Shown here: piece after piece, positions 62,353 through 64,000 of the stretch
How positions within the stretch are numbered: the stretch's first letter is position 1
How the letters are laid out: each line of letters begins with the position of its first letter
Assembly (NCBI GenBank): GCA_018653315.1
Contig: JABIAL010000037.1
Coordinates: 1,487-65,486 of the forward strand
DNA from: a bacterium
GTDB lineage: Bacteria > Patescibacteriota > Patescibacteriia > UBA1558 > GWA2-36-10
Reading direction: 5' to 3'
Length of the DNA stretch: 64,000 nucleotides
The notes under the pieces: generated by a model
The model's input: only the letters and a program-made list of their open reading frames with translations
Databases searched by the model: none
What the model was told of the DNA's origin: nothing
Position numbers and translations under genes: made by a program

Positions 62353-62375
62353 ACTCGGCTGAGTTCGCCGTGGCC
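62353..62375. repeat. GC-rich 23-nt repeat ACTCGGCTGAGTTCGCCGTGGCC, copy 2. Intergenic, at the topA-proximal edge of the two-ORF cassette.
   Basis: Matches 14438-14460 at 21 of 23 positions. It is embedded in the hairpin CGGCGA...TCGCCG. Confidence 0.7.
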
Positions 62376-62410
62376 TGATGCTCGGGGTAAATAAATTTGA
62401 GTAAAAAAAG

Positions 62411-62441
62411 AAAGCCCTGTCTCACTGAGACGGGGCTTTTT
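62411..62441. terminator. Bidirectional intrinsic terminator AAAGCCCTGTCTC-ACT-GAGACGGGGCTTTTT shared by topA (+) and the cassette operon (-)
   Basis: 11-13 bp GC-rich stem with T/A runs on both sides. Confidence 0.75.
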
Positions 62442-62456
62442 CATTTCCTTGTGCCG

Positions 62457-62681
62457 TTATGGCACCCTCAATCCACTGACGGGAAGAGGCCAAGCAGGTT
62501 CACCCGGCATTCGAACGACCATGTGTTGAGTCACGGGCCTGAACTCGATACAAAAACCCACATTGCCATCTTCATCGATAACACTGGCACTACGACTAGC
62601 AAGGTCGCGCAACTGTTCTTGAGAACCCTGCTCCAGACAAAACCCGGAAGTCATCTGATCAACCCCTGAAGTGTAAGACAT
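62457..62681 (-). CDS. Hypothetical 74-aa protein (gene B of the GC-rich cassette): MSYTSGVDQMTSGFCLEQGSQEQLRDLASRSASVIDEDGNVGFCIEFRPV...
   Basis: ATG at 62681 with AAGGAA 6 nt upstream. Composition is about 50% GC by eye. The ORF track shows a longer frame but no better start. No family recognised. Confidence 0.45.
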   Translation of the reverse strand: MSYTSGVDQMTSGFCLEQGSQEQLRDLASRSASVIDEDGNVGFCIEFRPVTQHMVVRMPGEPAWPLPVSGLRVP

Positions 62682-62697
62682 GTGATTCCTTTCTATT

Positions 62698-62721
62698 CTG
62701 TGGTGAAAACTGTGGTGAAAA
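62698..62721. repeat. Tandem 12-nt direct repeat CTGTGGTGAAAA x2 (minus strand TTTTCACCACAG x2) between cassette genes A and B
   Basis: Perfect tandem copy immediately after the stop of gene A. Candidate protein-binding or translational-coupling element. Confidence 0.6.
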
Positions 62722-62952
62722 TCAGACTGGATAATCTGGGTCATCATCCGGAAAAGCCAACTGGTCGGCTTTGACTTCAGAGATACCTGAGGTAGGCGAA
62801 ACGAACAAATAGGTATTGTACGCTGTCTTACCAATTATTCGACCTTGTGATCCTTCATTCAACATCAACATGCCATACTTCATGGCCCAACTGGCTTGAG
62901 TATCAGGGCTACCCAACACTGCACTCTCTGACAATCTCAACATTTCTGTCAT
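62722..62952 (-). CDS. Hypothetical 76-aa protein (gene A of the GC-rich cassette): MTEMLRLSESAVLGSPDTQASWAMKYGMLMLNEGSQGRIIGKTAYNTYLFVSPTSGISEVKADQLAFPDDDPDYPV
   Basis: Strong SD GCAGGAGGAGTT immediately 5' of the ATG and a consensus promoter upstream. Composition is about 45% GC by eye. No family recognised. Confidence 0.5.
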   Translation of the reverse strand: MTEMLRLSESAVLGSPDTQASWAMKYGMLMLNEGSQGRIIGKTAYNTYLFVSPTSGISEVKADQLAFPDDDPDYPV

Positions 62953-62995
62953 AACTCCTCCTGCTTGTTAGTTGTAAGGTTCATTAATGTCTGCT

Positions 62996-63024
62996 ATATT
63001 AGCATAAAATGCTAAAAAAGTCAA
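62996..63024 (-). promoter_or_regulatory. Consensus sigma70 promoter TTGACT-17-TAATAT (minus strand) driving the cassette operon of genes A and B
   Basis: rc of 63019-63024 is TTGACT and rc of 62996-63001 is TAATAT, with a 17-nt spacer. The SD GGAGG lies at 62955-62960. Confidence 0.55.
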
Positions 63025-63090
63025 GAGGCATGTTATTTTCTTGCTATTTTCTAAGGAAAACATTAAAATAAACATACTCATAATAATTCT

Positions 63091-64000
63091 ATGATTACTT
63101 TTGAAGATTTAAAAAAAGTCCTATTAACCGATTATGCTGATGAAAATATAAATATTATCATCAAGGCTTTTCATTTTGCCTCAGAAGCTCATCGTGGCCA
63201 AAAACGTCGTACTGGTGAAGATTATATCTACCACTCTATTGCTACTGCTCACACCTTGGCTAAGATGAAAATGGACGTGCCAACTATTGCCGCTGGTTTA
63301 TTACATGATGTACCAGAAGATACAGATTTTACTCTAGAAGATGTTAAAAATGTTTTTGGTAAAGAAATAGCCGGTTTAGTAAAAGGCATTACAAAATTAA
63401 GTACTCTTAAATATCGTGGCCTAGAACGTTATGCTGAAAATTTACGCAAAATGTTTTTGGCTATGTCCAAAGACTTACGAGTAATTATTATAAAACTAGC
63501 CGACCGTCTGCATAACATGCAGACTCTAGAAGGTGTTCGTCCGGAAAAACGTTTGCGTATTGCTCAAGAAACTTTAGAAATATTTGCACCGATTGCCAAT
63601 CGCTTAGGCATGTTTGAAATAAAAACTAAACTAGAAGATTTAGCTTTTATTTATGTTTATCCTGACGAATATAATTGGGTAAAAAATTTAGTTCAAGACC
63701 GTTTGAAAACTGAAACTAAATACATTGAAAAAATTAAAAAAATAGCCCAACGAGATTTAGCCAAACATAATGTAAGTTACATTCAAATAAGAGGACGAAT
63801 AAAAAGCTTATATAGTTTATACCACAAATTGTTACGCAAAGGAAAAGATCTAAATAAAGTATATGATTTAATTGCCTTGCGTATTATTGTGCCAGATGTA
63901 ACGGATTGTTATAGTGTCTTAGGCATCATTCATAAACGCTGGACGCCCCTCAAGGGACGAGTTAAAGATTATATTGCTCAACCAAAACCAAATGGCTATC
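63091..64000 (+). CDS. rel: Bifunctional (p)ppGpp synthetase/hydrolase Rel (RelA/SpoT homologue). 5' portion only, continuing beyond the window.
   Basis: HD hydrolase domain (HRGQKRRTGEDYIYH...LLHDVPEDT) followed by the start of the synthetase domain (DLIALRIIV...RVKDYIAQPKPNGY). Confidence 0.9.
   Translation, partial: MITFEDLKKVLLTDYADENINIIIKAFHFASEAHRGQKRRTGEDYIYHSIATAHTLAKMKMDVPTIAAGLLHDVPEDTDFTLEDVKNVFGKEIAGLVKGITKLSTLKYRGLERYAENLRKMFLAMSKDLRVIIIKLADRLHNMQTLEGVRPEKRLRIAQETLEIFAPIANRLGMFEIKTKLEDLAFIYVYPDEYNWVKNLVQDRLKTETKYIEKIKKIAQRDLAKHNVSYIQIRGRIKSLYSLYHKLLRKGKDLNKVYDLIALRIIVPDVTDCYSVLGIIHKRWTPLKGRVKDYIAQPKPNGY

Noticed and set aside
62076-62425. Two minus-strand ORFs of 65 and 114 aa inside the topA zinc-ribbon region
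   Set aside because: They are antisense to the conserved topA zinc fingers, and their Cys/Phe-rich translation reflects complementary codons of the CxxC repeats.
62397-62669. 90-aa plus-strand ORF after topA
   Set aside because: It runs straight through the strong bidirectional terminator hairpin at 62411-62441 and is antisense to cassette gene B. The minus-strand genes have a promoter and SD, and this one has none.
62343-63060. Possibility that the GC-rich topA-rel insert is E. coli or vector contamination or a chimeric assembly
   Set aside because: This cannot be excluded without read data. The insert is an intact operon precisely framed by the host topA terminator and the rel promoter region. 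It shares a repeat with a host CDS at 14438. It does not resemble any E. coli K-12 or common vector sequence that I recognise. It is kept as a finding with this caveat.

Overview
This window is an AT-rich bacterial chromosomal segment, roughly one-third GC by eye. It is densely packed with housekeeping genes, mostly on the minus strand, with almost no Shine-Dalgarno sequences.

The gene content looks like a Candidate Phyla Radiation / Patescibacteria-type genome:
- Lysine-rich N-terminal tails, for example on GyrB.
- A VirB2/TrbC-like pilin N-terminus.
- Single-chain Rel.
- A full F-type ATP synthase operon.
- Tgt plus YhhQ with no queuosine biosynthesis genes.

Recognisable content, in window order:
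- GatB/YqeY-domain protein, rpsU, hisS, lepB, an LCP-family protein, der, pth and pepA.
- A secE-nusG-rplK-rplA cluster.
- A GT-C-like membrane glycosyltransferase, gyrB, pheST, and a UvrD-family helicase fused to a RecB/Cas4-like nuclease.
- The ATP synthase operon (atpZ-like, B, E, F, H, A, G, D, C), then rmuC, tatD, cvpA, metG and rsmI.
- An AI-2E transporter, an M16 peptidase, glyQS, a membrane-anchored Clp/Hsp100 ATPase, tgt, recO and ileS.
- dprA, yhhQ, folC, an LtaS-like sulfatase, topA and the 5' end of rel.

No tRNA, rRNA or CRISPR array was found.

The most interesting content is a set of small cassettes whose composition differs sharply from the host, about 40-50% GC. Unlike host genes, each has a canonical sigma70 promoter and a strong SD.
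- A 186-aa ORF lies between der and pth.
- A 65-aa acidic protein at 46122..46319 has its own promoter and terminator.
- A 143-aa unknown protein is paired with a small MerR-type HTH gene between ileS and dprA. It sits between two copies of a GC-rich 20-nt palindrome, and a third copy lies in-frame inside ileS.
- A two-gene operon of 76 and 74 aa lies between topA and rel. It is bounded by a 23-nt GC-rich repeat, and a second copy of that repeat lies in-frame inside the membrane glycosyltransferase gene.

These cassettes and the two short GC-rich repeat families are the best candidates for an undescribed accessory, defence or mobile system. All functional assignments come from reading the translated ORFs by eye. 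No database search was run.
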